A stretch of DNA of 56,263 bases from a bacterium. Lineage in GTDB: Bacteria > Krumholzibacteriota > Krumholzibacteriia > G020349025. The DNA is taken from the NCBI GenBank assembly GCA_031362565.1, contig JANLSU010000082.1, positions 1 through 56,263 of the forward strand, in the 5' to 3' direction. The notes beneath the pieces were generated by a model that did no database searches, was not told the origin of the DNA, and was given only the letters and a program-made list of their open reading frames with translations. Each line of letters starts with the position of its first letter. Position 1 is the first letter of the stretch. Positions 21,919 to 31,777 of this stretch are shown here, in pieces. Both the position numbers and the translations under genes were made by a program.

Positions 21919-22808
21919 CAGGTCCTCACCGCCAGCATCATGCGCCGGTCCCGCCGGCGCAGCACGAGGACCAGGGCCGCGAGACCGCCAAGCGTCAGCA
22001 CCGCAGCCAAACGCAGGATTGCAATGACCGTCGCACCGTACTTGCCGGTCGCGGGGTCATAGTGAAAGCAGTACAGCAGGACCTGGTCGACGACGTTGCC
22101 GATCTTGCCGTCGGCGGCTTCGACGAGCCCCAGGCGCAGATCCTTGGGCGGATACTCCACGCCGTAAAAGTAGCGTGACAGGTGTCCGTCCGGGGTCAGC
22201 ACCATGATGCCGCTCGCATGTGCGAACTGCTTCGCCTTCTCGTCCCACTGGTAACGGAAGCCGCACGCCTTGGCGAGGGTTTGAATCGAGGCTTCCGAGC
22301 CGGTGAGAAAGTGCCAGCCGGCCGCCGCGCCTTCGCGCCGGTAGCGCGCCAAATAACCGGCCTTCTTCTTGGCCGCGATCTGCGGTGTGTCGCGCGGATC
22401 GAAACTGACCGTAATGACATCGAATTCCTTGCCCACGTCGAACTTGACCATCTCCATGCAACTGGTCAGGCCGTTCAACACCATCGTGCACAGCATCGGA
22501 CATTCGTAGTAGACGAGCGACAGGACGGCCGGTTTGCCCTGCATGAGGTCGGCCAAGCGCACCTCTTTGCCGGCCTCGTCTTGGAACACGAGGTCAAGCG
22601 GCACTTGCTCGCCCAGCCGTTGATCGAACCCGACGTTGCGGAGGACGCCGGGCATCTGTGTCGCCGGGACGGTGTTCGAGTTGGTGACCCCGGGAGTGTG
22701 AAACGTCGGCATGTCGGCAGCCGCGGCCGCCGCGCAGGTCGCGACGAGGCCGGCGGCGATGCCGAGCCGCTGCAGACAACGTTCGAGCCGCGCCGATCGA
22801 CGGGTCAC
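21918..22808 (-). CDS. SCO1/SenC copper chaperone
   Basis: YYECPMLC, WHFLTG, FAHASG; GTG overlaps upstream stop. Confidence 0.9.
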   Translation of the reverse strand: MTRRSARLERCLQRLGIAAGLVATCAAAAAADMPTFHTPGVTNSNTVPATQMPGVLRNVGFDQRLGEQVPLDLVFQDEAGKEVRLADLMQGKPAVLSLVYYECPMLCTMVLNGLTSCMEMVKFDVGKEFDVITVSFDPRDTPQIAAKKKAGYLARYRREGAAAGWHFLTGSEASIQTLAKACGFRYQWDEKAKQFAHASGIMVLTPDGHLSRYFYGVEYPPKDLRLGLVEAADGKIGNVVDQVLLYCFHYDPATGKYGATVIAILRLAAVLTLGGLAALVLVLRRRDRRMMLAVRT

Positions 22809-23317
22809 CGCGGCCTCCCGGGATGAGTGGCGTGGGCGCCTTTCGCAGGCTGGCCTTGCAGGGCCGGCTCGGGAGCCGGACTCGGAGGCGGCAAGGCCTC
22901 CGGGGCGGCCCCGGACACGCTGGATGGTTTCCACGGCAGGCCGCGGGCCGCCAGGAGGTCGATCGCCCGGTCAACGGGCAAGCGCACGATGCGCTGGGCG
23001 GGGTCCACCCAACCGTAGGTTGTCAGAGTCTGCCGCTGCTCGGTCTGATAGCGCTGCAGATCGAGATTGGGGCGATCTTGAAGTCGCGGCTCGGGCGGCG
23101 AATGGGCAACGCTACGATCCACGAGCGGCGACGCGGGCCGGTCTTGCGCCACCTCTTGGGCTTGGAAGACGCGATACAGCGCGTACATGAGAATGCCGGA
23201 TGCGACCAGGCCGATGCACATCCACACCAAGAAGCCGCCGATGCCGCGGACATCGATTTCGGTATCGAACTCGGGGCCGCCGCCGTGGCCGGCGTCATGA
23301 CGCCGTGCGTCACTCAT
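22805..23317 (-). CDS. ACIII-associated single-TM protein (ActG-like)
   Basis: One TM, PPEPRLQ, YGWVD..VRLPVDRAI; conserved position between actF and SCO. Confidence 0.7.
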   Translation of the reverse strand: MSDARRHDAGHGGGPEFDTEIDVRGIGGFLVWMCIGLVASGILMYALYRVFQAQEVAQDRPASPLVDRSVAHSPPEPRLQDRPNLDLQRYQTEQRQTLTTYGWVDPAQRIVRLPVDRAIDLLAARGLPWKPSSVSGAAPEALPPPSPAPEPALQGQPAKGAHATHPGRPR

Positions 23318-24509
23318 GATTCAACGCCTCCGGCAAGAACGGATCGTGGACCGGCAGCAACGAACGGCCGGCCAAGTGCCGCGCCGCGAGCGCCACGAAC
23401 ACCCCGCCGATTGCGATCACGGTCGCCGCATCCAGCCAATGGACGCGGACACCCTCGGGATGAAAGTTCGGCGCCGCCTGGAAGTACAGCTCCCACCAGC
23501 GCATGAACAACAGCCACCCGGCAAAGAACGCCAGGCGGCGCGGGAAGCGCTTGATCTTCTTCGAGAGCAACGACAAGAACGGAAACCAGAAGTGGAAGAG
23601 CACCAAGACCAAGGCCAACGCCTTCCAACTGGAAGCAAAGCGTTTGAGGAAGTACGGGATTTCTTCCGGCAGATTCGCCGACCAGATGATGATGAACTGC
23701 GAGGTCGTGAAGTAGCCCCACAGCAACAGGAACGCGAACAGCAGCGTGCCGTGGTCGTGGTGGTGCTGCGGCCGGAACACCTTCGACATCGGCTCGCGGT
23801 CCACCAAGTAACGCGACCACAGGATCGCAAAGCAGAGCCCAGCGATGGCACAGCCACCGATGAACTGCAGGCCATAGATGCTCGAGAACCAGTGCGGATC
23901 GAGCGACATCAGCCAATCGAAGGTCGCGAAGCTGACGCTCAGCACGAACAGCACGAGACCGATCGCCGACATGCCGCGCATCTTGTTGTAAAGCGCCGGG
24001 GCGCCGGTGCGGTCTTGCTCTTTCGACCAGCGGCTGAGGAAGACGGCGAGAACACTCCAAATGACGAAATAGACCACGGCGCGCGTCGTGAACGCCCCGG
24101 TGTTCAGATAGGCGGCCTTGGCGCGCAGGATCGGATCCGCGGCCGCCGTCGACTGGGCCCAAACGTAGAGCTTCGGGATGCCGACAAGAACCGGAATGAA
24201 GAGCAACGCCAACACCGGCATCAAGCTCGCGCCAGCCTCGAACACCCGCCGCACCACCACGCCCCAGGCGCCGTGCGTCAGGTGGTGCATCATCATCATG
24301 CCGAGGCAACCGAGGGCGATCGCCACCCAAAAGAGGTACGCCACCAAGTACGAACGGAAGAATTGCTCCTGGGCGGTGAGGGCCCCCGCCACGCACGCCA
24401 AACCGCCGATCACGGCGGCCGCGAGTCCCAGGCGTTGGACGCGCGCCAGGTCGGCGGGGGGCGCGTAACTCGCCAGCGGCGCCACGTGCGTGGTCGTCGT
24501 CGAACTCAT
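23310..24509 (-). CDS. actF: Alternative complex III subunit ActF
   Basis: About 10 TMs, DWLMSLDPHWFSSIYG, QFIIIWSANLPEE. Confidence 0.9.
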   Translation of the reverse strand: MSSTTTTHVAPLASYAPPADLARVQRLGLAAAVIGGLACVAGALTAQEQFFRSYLVAYLFWVAIALGCLGMMMMHHLTHGAWGVVVRRVFEAGASLMPVLALLFIPVLVGIPKLYVWAQSTAAADPILRAKAAYLNTGAFTTRAVVYFVIWSVLAVFLSRWSKEQDRTGAPALYNKMRGMSAIGLVLFVLSVSFATFDWLMSLDPHWFSSIYGLQFIGGCAIAGLCFAILWSRYLVDREPMSKVFRPQHHHDHGTLLFAFLLLWGYFTTSQFIIIWSANLPEEIPYFLKRFASSWKALALVLVLFHFWFPFLSLLSKKIKRFPRRLAFFAGWLLFMRWWELYFQAAPNFHPEGVRVHWLDAATVIAIGGVFVALAARHLAGRSLLPVHDPFLPEALNHE

Positions 24510-25204
24510 CAGTGTCCCCCGCTCTCGCCGTGCGCTTCGTGCGCGGCGTCACCTTCGGCCGGCTTCGCTGCCGCCTGCCGCAGCCCTTCTTCGGCGCGGG
24601 CGCGCTCATCGGCCGGCAAACTGTCGAGCTTGGCGTTCTGCGCCAACTGCAGGGCGCGAATGTAGGCGACGATCGCCCATCGATCGGCGGTCGGAATCTG
24701 CGCCGCATAGCCCTGCATGACGCCGAAGCCGTTCGTCGCCACATCGAACAAGTACCCGGGCGGTGCCTGGCGCAGCCGGTCGACGTGATAGGACGGCGGC
24801 TGCTTGAAGCCGCGCTGCACCACCATACCCCGGCCACCGCCCGTTCCATCGTGACACGGCGTGCAATAGATGTTGAAACGTTGTTGGCCGCGCAGCAGCA
24901 CTTCGCGGGTCACCGGCATCGGAAAATGCGTCGCCACGGCGGAATCCTCCACGCCGCGGTAGAACAACGCGTCTTCCTTCAGAAGCCCACGCGCCACCGT
25001 TCCCTTCGGGAAGTCGCGTGACGCACGCCCGTCGGCGAAGAAACCGTTCGCAGCCAGGGGCTTGAGACGCGGCTGGTCATACATGTTGCGCCGCAAGGTG
25101 CAACCGGTCCCCAGCGCCACGAGCGCCACGAGCGCGATGATCACTTGCGGGGCGCGGCCGCCGGCCCAGTGGGCGGGTGCCCGGCGTGGATCAGTATTCG
25201 ACAT
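24509..25204 (-). CDS. actE: Alternative complex III monoheme cytochrome c lipoprotein ActE
   Basis: Lipobox GTGC, MYDQPR, CTPCH, DRWAIVAYIRALQ. Confidence 0.9.
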   Translation of the reverse strand: MSNTDPRRAPAHWAGGRAPQVIIALVALVALGTGCTLRRNMYDQPRLKPLAANGFFADGRASRDFPKGTVARGLLKEDALFYRGVEDSAVATHFPMPVTREVLLRGQQRFNIYCTPCHDGTGGGRGMVVQRGFKQPPSYHVDRLRQAPPGYLFDVATNGFGVMQGYAAQIPTADRWAIVAYIRALQLAQNAKLDSLPADERARAEEGLRQAAAKPAEGDAAHEAHGESGGH

Positions 25205-25736
25205 CGGACACCTCGCTCGGCCGCAAACCCTGCAGGAAGGCGCGGGTTTGGCTCGTCTCGAACTTCGGGTCCTTGGCCTCGATGCACAGGAAATACTTGT
25301 CGCGTGAGGCGAGCGAGAAACGGTCGACATTGAACAGCGGGTGATGCGGTTCCGGCAGGCCGTTCAATGCCAGCATCCCGAGTACGGCGCTCAGCGACGC
25401 GAACAGAATCGTGCACTCGTAAGTGACCGGAATGAACGCCGGCCAGCTGTTGAAGGGACGGCCGCCGATATTCATCGGGTAGGCGATGACCGATGTCCAG
25501 TAACAGAGACCGAAGCCCAGCGTCGCGCCGGCAATTGCGCCGCCCAGCACCAGGTACGGCACCTTGGAATGATGGTTGTCGAGCGCGTGCGCCAGCTCCT
25601 CGATCGGGAACGGCGAGTACGCCTCGAGGTTGCGATAGCCGGCGGCGCGAGCTTCCTTGGCAGCGGCGACAATTGCTGCCGGCGTATCGAATTCGGCCAC
25701 CAGCCCGTACAAACGCGCCACGTGATCGAGCTTCAT
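25191..25736 (-). CDS. actD: Alternative complex III subunit ActD (DUF3341)
   Basis: AEFDTP, YSPFPI, YPMNIGGRP, FIPVTYECTILF. Confidence 0.92.
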   Translation of the reverse strand: MKLDHVARLYGLVAEFDTPAAIVAAAKEARAAGYRNLEAYSPFPIEELAHALDNHHSKVPYLVLGGAIAGATLGFGLCYWTSVIAYPMNIGGRPFNSWPAFIPVTYECTILFASLSAVLGMLALNGLPEPHHPLFNVDRFSLASRDKYFLCIEAKDPKFETSQTRAFLQGLRPSEVSDVEY

Positions 25737-27118
25737 GCCGCCTCCTGCTTGGTCTTGGAGCCCGGCAGCAGCGTCCGCATTTCGAAGATCGAGATCATCG
25801 GCAAGAACCGGATGAACAGGAACATGAGCGACATGAAGAACCCGAGCGTACCGATGAAGGTCATCCAGTCGAACTTGGTCGGGAAGTACATCCCCCAGCT
25901 CGAGGGCAGGAAGTCGCGGCTCAAACTCACGACGACGATGATGAAACGCTCGAGCCACATCCCGACGTTGATGACGAGCGACAGCACGAACAGCGCCTTG
26001 ACGCTGTTGCGAATGCGCTTGAACCAGAACAACTGGCTGCACACGGTGTTGCAGAAGATGAGTCCGTACCAGGTGAACCGGTAGGGGCCGTGGATGCGGT
26101 TCAAGAACGCGTACTGCTCGTACTGGTTGGCGCTGTACCACGCCGTGAACAGTTCCATCGCGTACCCGTAGGTGACGATGAGGCCGGTCACGATCATGAT
26201 CTTCGCCATGTTCTCCAAGTGGCGCTCGGTGATGAAGTCATGCAGCCCGAACGCATGGCGGAGCGGAATCGCGAGATTGGCGACCATGGCGAAGCCGGAC
26301 AAAATGGCGCCGGCCACGAAGTACGGCGGGAAGATCGTCGTGTGCCAGCCCGGGATCACGCCGACCGAGAAGTCGAACGACACGACGGTATGCACCGAAA
26401 CGACGAGCGGCGTCGCCAGCGCCGCCAACAGGTAGTACGACGTCTCGTAGTTGTGCCAATGCCGTGAATCGCCGCGCCAGCCCATCGCCATCATGCCGTA
26501 GATCGTGCGCCCAATCGGATTCTTGGTGCGGTCGCGCAACGTCGCCAAATCCGGAATCAGCCCGACGTACCAGAACATGAGCGACACGGTCATGTACGTC
26601 GACACCGCGAACACGTCCCAAATGAGCGGGCTCCGGAAGTTGGGCCACAGCGTCATCGTATTCGGCAACGGCAGCAGCCAATAGAAGAGCCACGGCCGGC
26701 CCAAGTGCAGGATGGGGTACAGACCCGCCTGGGCCACCGCGAACAGCGTCATGGCTTCGGCGAAGCGGTTGATGGACGTGCGCCACGACTGCCGCAACAG
26801 GAGCAGAATCGCCGAAATGAGCGTACCGGCGTGGCCGATACCGATCCACCACACGAAGCAGATGATGGCGAATCCCCAACCGACCGGGATGTTGATGCCC
26901 CAGATCCCGACACCCTTCGCGAACAGACAGGTCACCGCGAACAGGAACACCATGAAGCCGGTGAATGCGATCCCGAACGCCCCGAATAGCCAGCGCGGCG
27001 TGCCGCCCAAAACGACGGACGAAATCTTGTCGGTAACCGACGCCGAGGTATGCCCGGCCGCGATGACCGGCGGGCGCTGGGGCACGAAACGCGGCGTCGA
27101 TCCAGTCGGTGCGCTCAC
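25733..27118 (-). CDS. actC: Alternative complex III NrfD-type quinol-binding subunit ActC
   Basis: FVWWIGIGHAGTLISA, HLGRPW, SPLIWDVFAV, SVHTVVSFDF, WLERF. Confidence 0.95.
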   Translation of the reverse strand: MSAPTGSTPRFVPQRPPVIAAGHTSASVTDKISSVVLGGTPRWLFGAFGIAFTGFMVFLFAVTCLFAKGVGIWGINIPVGWGFAIICFVWWIGIGHAGTLISAILLLLRQSWRTSINRFAEAMTLFAVAQAGLYPILHLGRPWLFYWLLPLPNTMTLWPNFRSPLIWDVFAVSTYMTVSLMFWYVGLIPDLATLRDRTKNPIGRTIYGMMAMGWRGDSRHWHNYETSYYLLAALATPLVVSVHTVVSFDFSVGVIPGWHTTIFPPYFVAGAILSGFAMVANLAIPLRHAFGLHDFITERHLENMAKIMIVTGLIVTYGYAMELFTAWYSANQYEQYAFLNRIHGPYRFTWYGLIFCNTVCSQLFWFKRIRNSVKALFVLSLVINVGMWLERFIIVVVSLSRDFLPSSWGMYFPTKFDWMTFIGTLGFFMSLMFLFIRFLPMISIFEMRTLLPGSKTKQEAA

Positions 27119-30100
27119 GCTTTGGCCTCCAGCTCGGAGTTGGGGTTGCGGAGCTTCGCGACATACGTCGTGCGGGGCCGCGTGTTGAGATCCTCGAGGA
27201 CGCCGTAGTTGCGCGTCTCGCGTTTCATCTTCGCGACCTTCGACTCCGGGTCATTGATGTCGCCGAACACGATCGCCTCGGTCGGGCACACCTGCTGGCA
27301 TGCCGTCACGATCTCGCCATCGCGAATCGGCCGGTTCTCGTTCTTGGCGTCGATGCGCGCGTGGTTGATGCGCTGCACGCAGTACGTACACTTTTCCATC
27401 ACGCCGCGCGTCCGGATCGTCACATCCGGGTTGCGCATGAGCTGCAGCACCGGCGTCTTGACGTCTTGGTACCCGTAGAAGTTGAAGCGCCGCACCTTGT
27501 AGGGGCAGTTGTTGGAGCAATAGCGCGTCCCCACACAACGGTTGTAGACCATGTCGTTGAGGCCCTCGGGGCTGTGCGACGTCGCTGCCACCGGGCACAC
27601 TTGCTCGCACGGCGCGTTCTCGCACTGCATGCACATGACCGGCTGGTGGTGGATCTGTGGATCGTTCAGATCGCCTTCGAAATACCGATCGATGCGGATC
27701 CAGTGCATTTCGCGGTTCCGGCGCACTTGGTCGCGTCCGACGACGGCGATGTTGTTCTCGCTGTTGCACGCCACGACGCAGGCGTTGCAGCCGGTGCACG
27801 ACCCCAGATCGATCGCCACGCCCCAGGCGTTGCCCTTGTATTCGAAGGTCTTGAACATCGATTCGTCGCGCGCCGGAGCCGGGCCCTCTTCGTGCGCGAA
27901 ATGCGGATTCGCCGTGAACTCTTCGAGGGTCGCGCGCCGCACGAGATTGCGCCGCATCATGTCGTGGTGCTCTTGGGTCGTGACCAGCGTGCGGTGCCCG
28001 GCAACCTTGCGCACCTGCACCGGCCCGCCCCATCGGCTGCGCGTCGTCGACAGCGCATAGGCGTCGAATCCGGCGCCGGCTGCGACGTTGCCGCCGCGGC
28101 GGCGGCCGTATCCCAAGTGCGCCGTCACACAGCGCTCGGCATGACCCGGCAACACCCAAACGCCGGCCTCGACCTTGCCGCCGTCGGTCTGCAATTCGAC
28201 CATGTCGCCGGTCTCGACACCCAGTTCGTGGGCCATGGCGGCACTGACGATCGCGGCGTTGTCCCACACCAGTTTGGTCCACGGCTTGGGCACTTCCTGC
28301 AGCCAACCGTTGTTGGCGAAGCGGCCGTCGTGCACGTTCGGATCAAAACGCAGCACGACTTCGTTGCCGCTCGCACTGGTGCCCGCGAGCCGCGTTGCAG
28401 CGTCGCGCACTGCGTCGGCGCGCAGTTCCACCCCACGCGGCACAAACTGGCTGCCCGACGCGAATCCATCGTGCAACGTGCGGCGCCAGAGCTTCTCGAA
28501 TCCCGCCCCGCCGTACAGCACCTGCCACTGACTGCGAATCAGATCCAGAACCGTACCCGTCTGGCCCGCCACCAGCATGAGGACGTCGAGCGACGAATGG
28601 CCGTCGTACAGCGGCTCGACAAGCGGCTGCTGCAGCGACAGCGTGCCGTCGTAAGCGCGCGCATCGCCCCAGCTCTCGAGTTCGTGCACCGCGGGCACGT
28701 GCCATTGGCAAAGTTCGGCGGTCTCGTCGCGGTACAGTCCGAGATGGAAGCAATTCGGCACCCGCCGCATGGCGTCGCCGAACGCCAAGTCGACCGGCGC
28801 GTCGTAGACCGGGTTGGATTCGAGCACGAGCAAGGTTTCGACACGGCCGGACTGCATGTCGGAAGCGAGCGCCGCCAACTCCTCGTGCTGGGCCGTCGGC
28901 CGGACTTCGATGGGGTCGGTCACCACGAACGTCGGCCCGACATTGCCGAGCGCCGCGTTGATGGCAAAGGCCAGCACCTGGACTTCCACCGGCAAGCAGT
29001 CGCCCGCCACCACCAGTGAGCGGCCGCGATGTGCCGCCAGTTCCTTGGCGACCGCAACAACCCAGCGCGCTGCCTTGTCCGGCAGCGCGGCACTGGGCCG
29101 GGTTGCACCGGCGACGCCGAGTTCAGCAGCGAGCGCCGCCGTGAAGAGGGCGATTTCCGACGGCGCCAGGCCCACGCGGTGATCCGCCACCGAGCCGGTG
29201 CTTGTCGGCATACTCTCGACCGCGTACAGCCGGTTCATCGTGGCGCTTTCACCCTCGTGGATGCGGCGCCGGCGCATGAAGTCGCGCGCGTAGCGCACGT
29301 TTCCGGGTCCGGAAGTCAAAAGATCCGAATCCAGCGTCACGACGACGTCGGCATTCGAGAGATCGTAGCGCACCGACATCGGGGCCCCGAACGCGCGCCG
29401 GCTCGCTTCGCGCACCGCGTCGCGGCCGTCCGGGTCGTACTGCACCCATTTGGCGTCGGGGTACTGCGCCAACACGGCGCCGATCTGTGCGGCGAGCGCC
29501 GGAGACGTCACCGACGGAGTCAAGATGCGCAGCCCCGCGCCGCGCTTCGCCAGTTGTTCACCAAGCGCCACCCGCAGCGCTTCGGTGCAGTTCGCCCAGG
29601 TCGAGATGTCGTCGAGATGCATGACGACCGTCGAACGGTCCGGATCGTAGAGGCGCATGATGTCGGCCTGCGCGAAACGATCGGTGGCGCCCAAACTGGC
29701 CGGATGCTCGGGGTTGCCCTCGATTTTGGTGGGCCGTCCTTCATGGCTCTCCACCAGAACCGGCGACGCGACACCGGCAATCGTCAGCGCAGTCGCGAAG
29801 AACAGCGGGCGCCCGGGAACCAGATCCTCGGGTTGCTTCACATAGGGCACGATCTTCTCGATCGGCTGGCGGGCGCAGGCGCCCAGACCGGCCAGAGCCA
29901 TCGAAGCGCCCATCAACTGTAAGAAGGAGCGGCGGCTCGTCGGTTCGGCGAGCGGCGCCAGGATTTCGGCCTGCACGCGCACCCGTGCGGCGGGCGTGCG
30001 CCCGCGGTCTTCCAGGCTGCGCCACAACTCGCGCTCCATCAGGGGCGCACGTGTCGCGGCCAGTGCGGGCTCTTGCGAGCCGCGCACGCCGGCATCGTGG

Positions 30101-30144
30101 CCGTGCGTGTCGTGCTCCGGCTCGCGCCCATCACTGTCGTGCAT
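27115..30144 (-). CDS. actB: Alternative complex III subunit ActB (Tat-exported molybdopterin-oxidoreductase-like domain plus Fe-S domain)
   Basis: WRSLE, SRRSFLQLMGAS, EGRPTKIEGNPEHP, CTGCNACVVAC, CMQCENAPCEQVCP, CVGTRYCSNNCP, EKCTYC. Confidence 0.95.
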   Translation of the reverse strand: MHDSDGREPEHDTHGHDAGVRGSQEPALAATRAPLMERELWRSLEDRGRTPAARVRVQAEILAPLAEPTSRRSFLQLMGASMALAGLGACARQPIEKIVPYVKQPEDLVPGRPLFFATALTIAGVASPVLVESHEGRPTKIEGNPEHPASLGATDRFAQADIMRLYDPDRSTVVMHLDDISTWANCTEALRVALGEQLAKRGAGLRILTPSVTSPALAAQIGAVLAQYPDAKWVQYDPDGRDAVREASRRAFGAPMSVRYDLSNADVVVTLDSDLLTSGPGNVRYARDFMRRRRIHEGESATMNRLYAVESMPTSTGSVADHRVGLAPSEIALFTAALAAELGVAGATRPSAALPDKAARWVVAVAKELAAHRGRSLVVAGDCLPVEVQVLAFAINAALGNVGPTFVVTDPIEVRPTAQHEELAALASDMQSGRVETLLVLESNPVYDAPVDLAFGDAMRRVPNCFHLGLYRDETAELCQWHVPAVHELESWGDARAYDGTLSLQQPLVEPLYDGHSSLDVLMLVAGQTGTVLDLIRSQWQVLYGGAGFEKLWRRTLHDGFASGSQFVPRGVELRADAVRDAATRLAGTSASGNEVVLRFDPNVHDGRFANNGWLQEVPKPWTKLVWDNAAIVSAAMAHELGVETGDMVELQTDGGKVEAGVWVLPGHAERCVTAHLGYGRRRGGNVAAGAGFDAYALSTTRSRWGGPVQVRKVAGHRTLVTTQEHHDMMRRNLVRRATLEEFTANPHFAHEEGPAPARDESMFKTFEYKGNAWGVAIDLGSCTGCNACVVACNSENNIAVVGRDQVRRNREMHWIRIDRYFEGDLNDPQIHHQPVMCMQCENAPCEQVCPVAATSHSPEGLNDMVYNRCVGTRYCSNNCPYKVRRFNFYGYQDVKTPVLQLMRNPDVTIRTRGVMEKCTYCVQRINHARIDAKNENRPIRDGEIVTACQQVCPTEAIVFGDINDPESKVAKMKRETRNYGVLEDLNTRPRTTYVAKLRNPNSELEAKA

Positions 30145-30185
30145 CTGTCGCCCTTTCGCCGTTCGCGCTCCCTTGCCCGCCGCGA

Positions 30186-30836
30186 TCAGCGGTGGCAGGT
30201 CGAGCAATTCGTCAGGCTTTGAACATGCCGCTCTTCGACCAGCTTCTTCGCCAAGACACCGCCGTCGTGTGGCGCGTCGTATTCCATGTTGAACACCTGA
30301 TCCAGCGGCCGCACAAAGCGCTCGGGGTGCCGGTGGCAGGCCAAACACCATTCCATCTGCAGCGTGTTCTCGCGCCGCATGAGCGGCATGCGATCGACAC
30401 GCCCGTGGCAGGAGACGCAGCCGATCCCCTTGTTGACGTGCACGCTGTGATTGAAATACACGAAATCCGCCACGTCATGCACGCGGTTCCACTGCATCGG
30501 TGTGTTGGTCTTGAAACTCGCGCGCACCGGTTCGAGCATGGGGCTGTCCTTCCAGATTTGGGAGTGACAGTTCATGCACGTCTGCGTCGGCGGAATCCCG
30601 GCATAGCGGCCACTCTCCACGCTCGTGTGGCAGTACCGGCAATCGATGCCGATATCGCTCACGTGGTGGCTGTGGCTGAACGGTACGGGCTGCGGGATCA
30701 CGGTGTCCCGCCGCGTCGCCCATGACGATCGCGTGATCGCGAGCGTCAGAAACAGCGCGCCGATACCGAACATCGCCGCGCCGAAGATCGAAACGCGCGC
30801 GATCGAATTTGCACTGCGATGAAAGATCTGCGGCAT
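30186..30836 (-). CDS. actA: Alternative complex III pentaheme cytochrome ActA
   Basis: MPQIF start, QPVPFSH, five CxxCH motifs (CRYCH, CMNCH, CVSCH, CLACH, CSTCH). Confidence 0.95.
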   Translation of the reverse strand: MPQIFHRSANSIARVSIFGAAMFGIGALFLTLAITRSSWATRRDTVIPQPVPFSHSHHVSDIGIDCRYCHTSVESGRYAGIPPTQTCMNCHSQIWKDSPMLEPVRASFKTNTPMQWNRVHDVADFVYFNHSVHVNKGIGCVSCHGRVDRMPLMRRENTLQMEWCLACHRHPERFVRPLDQVFNMEYDAPHDGGVLAKKLVEERHVQSLTNCSTCHR

Positions 30837-30909
30837 GGCCGCCGGCTCCCCTCTACCGACCAACCAAGTGCGACACCTTAGACGACACATTCGGTGACTG
30901 CAAGAGCCA

Positions 30910-30929
30910 TTTGTGACTTTTTTCACAAA
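30910..30929. promoter_or_regulatory. Rex-like (or CRP/FNR-family) operator upstream of act-cta operon
   Basis: TTTGTGA-CTTTTT-TCACAAA perfect 7-bp arms; one mismatch to Rex consensus TTGTGAA-N4-TTCACAA. Confidence 0.7.
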
Positions 30930-31033
30930 GAATCGCCACTGATTTTTCGTCGGTTACGGGCCCCGATCGCGGCCGCGGCGGCGTAGACTTCCCGCCGCGC
31001 GCCCGCACCGGGCGCCTTGCCTTGGGAGGTCGA

Positions 31034-31777
31034 ATGGGCGCGGCGCTGGAAGCGCGCAACGTCGTCAAGCGCTACCGCAACGGTGTCGAGGCTTTGCGCG
31101 GCGTCAGCCTTGGCGTCGAGGCCGGCGAAACACTCGCGCTCATCGGCGAGAGCGGCTCGGGCAAGTCGACGTTGCTGCGCATGTTCAACCGTCTGGAAGA
31201 TCCGACCTCCGGCTCGATCCAAATCGCCGGCCGGCCGGCCGGCGACCACGACCCGGTGACGCTGCGCCGCCAGACCGGTTACGTGCCGCAGGATGGCGGG
31301 CTCTTGCCGCATTGGACCGTGGGCCGCAACGTCGAACTCGTCCCCAACCTGCTCGGCTGGGACGCACCGCGCTGCCGGGCCCGCGCCGATGCCCTGCTCG
31401 AACTCGTGGGGTTGTCGCCGGAGGAGCATCGCAGCCGTTATCCGGCGGAGCTTTCGGGCGGCCAACGGCAGCGCGTGGCGTTCGCGCGCGGCCTCGCTGC
31501 CGATCCGGCGGTGATTCTGCTCGACGAGCCCTTCGGTGCCCTGGACGCTCTCACCCGTCTGGAATTGCAGGCGGAGTTCCTGCGGCTCAAGCAGCAGCTC
31601 GGCAAGACGCTGCTGCTCGTCACCCATGACCTCGGCGAGGCCTTCCGGCTCGCCGACCGGATCGCCGTGCTGCGGGAAGGCGTACTGGTGCAGCTCGGCC
31701 GCGCCGCCGATCTCGTGGACCACCCGGCCGACTCTTATGTAAGAGCGCTCGTGGCCCAAGCGCCGGGTGGGCTGTAA
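31034..31777 (+). CDS. ABC ATPase, osmoprotectant/ergothioneine (OpuA/EgtV-like) family
   Basis: GESGSGKST, LSGGQRQR, LLDEPFGALD, VTHD; no CBS domains. Confidence 0.9.
   Translation: MGAALEARNVVKRYRNGVEALRGVSLGVEAGETLALIGESGSGKSTLLRMFNRLEDPTSGSIQIAGRPAGDHDPVTLRRQTGYVPQDGGLLPHWTVGRNVELVPNLLGWDAPRCRARADALLELVGLSPEEHRSRYPAELSGGQRQRVAFARGLAADPAVILLDEPFGALDALTRLELQAEFLRLKQQLGKTLLLVTHDLGEAFRLADRIAVLREGVLVQLGRAADLVDHPADSYVRALVAQAPGGL

Noticed and set aside
27109..29019. Long antisense and alternative-frame ORFs (e.g. 27109-29019, 19086-20966, 16884-18812, 43653-45383, 28-921)
   Set aside because: Shadow ORFs typical of high-GC DNA, overlapping well-supported genes and lacking motifs.
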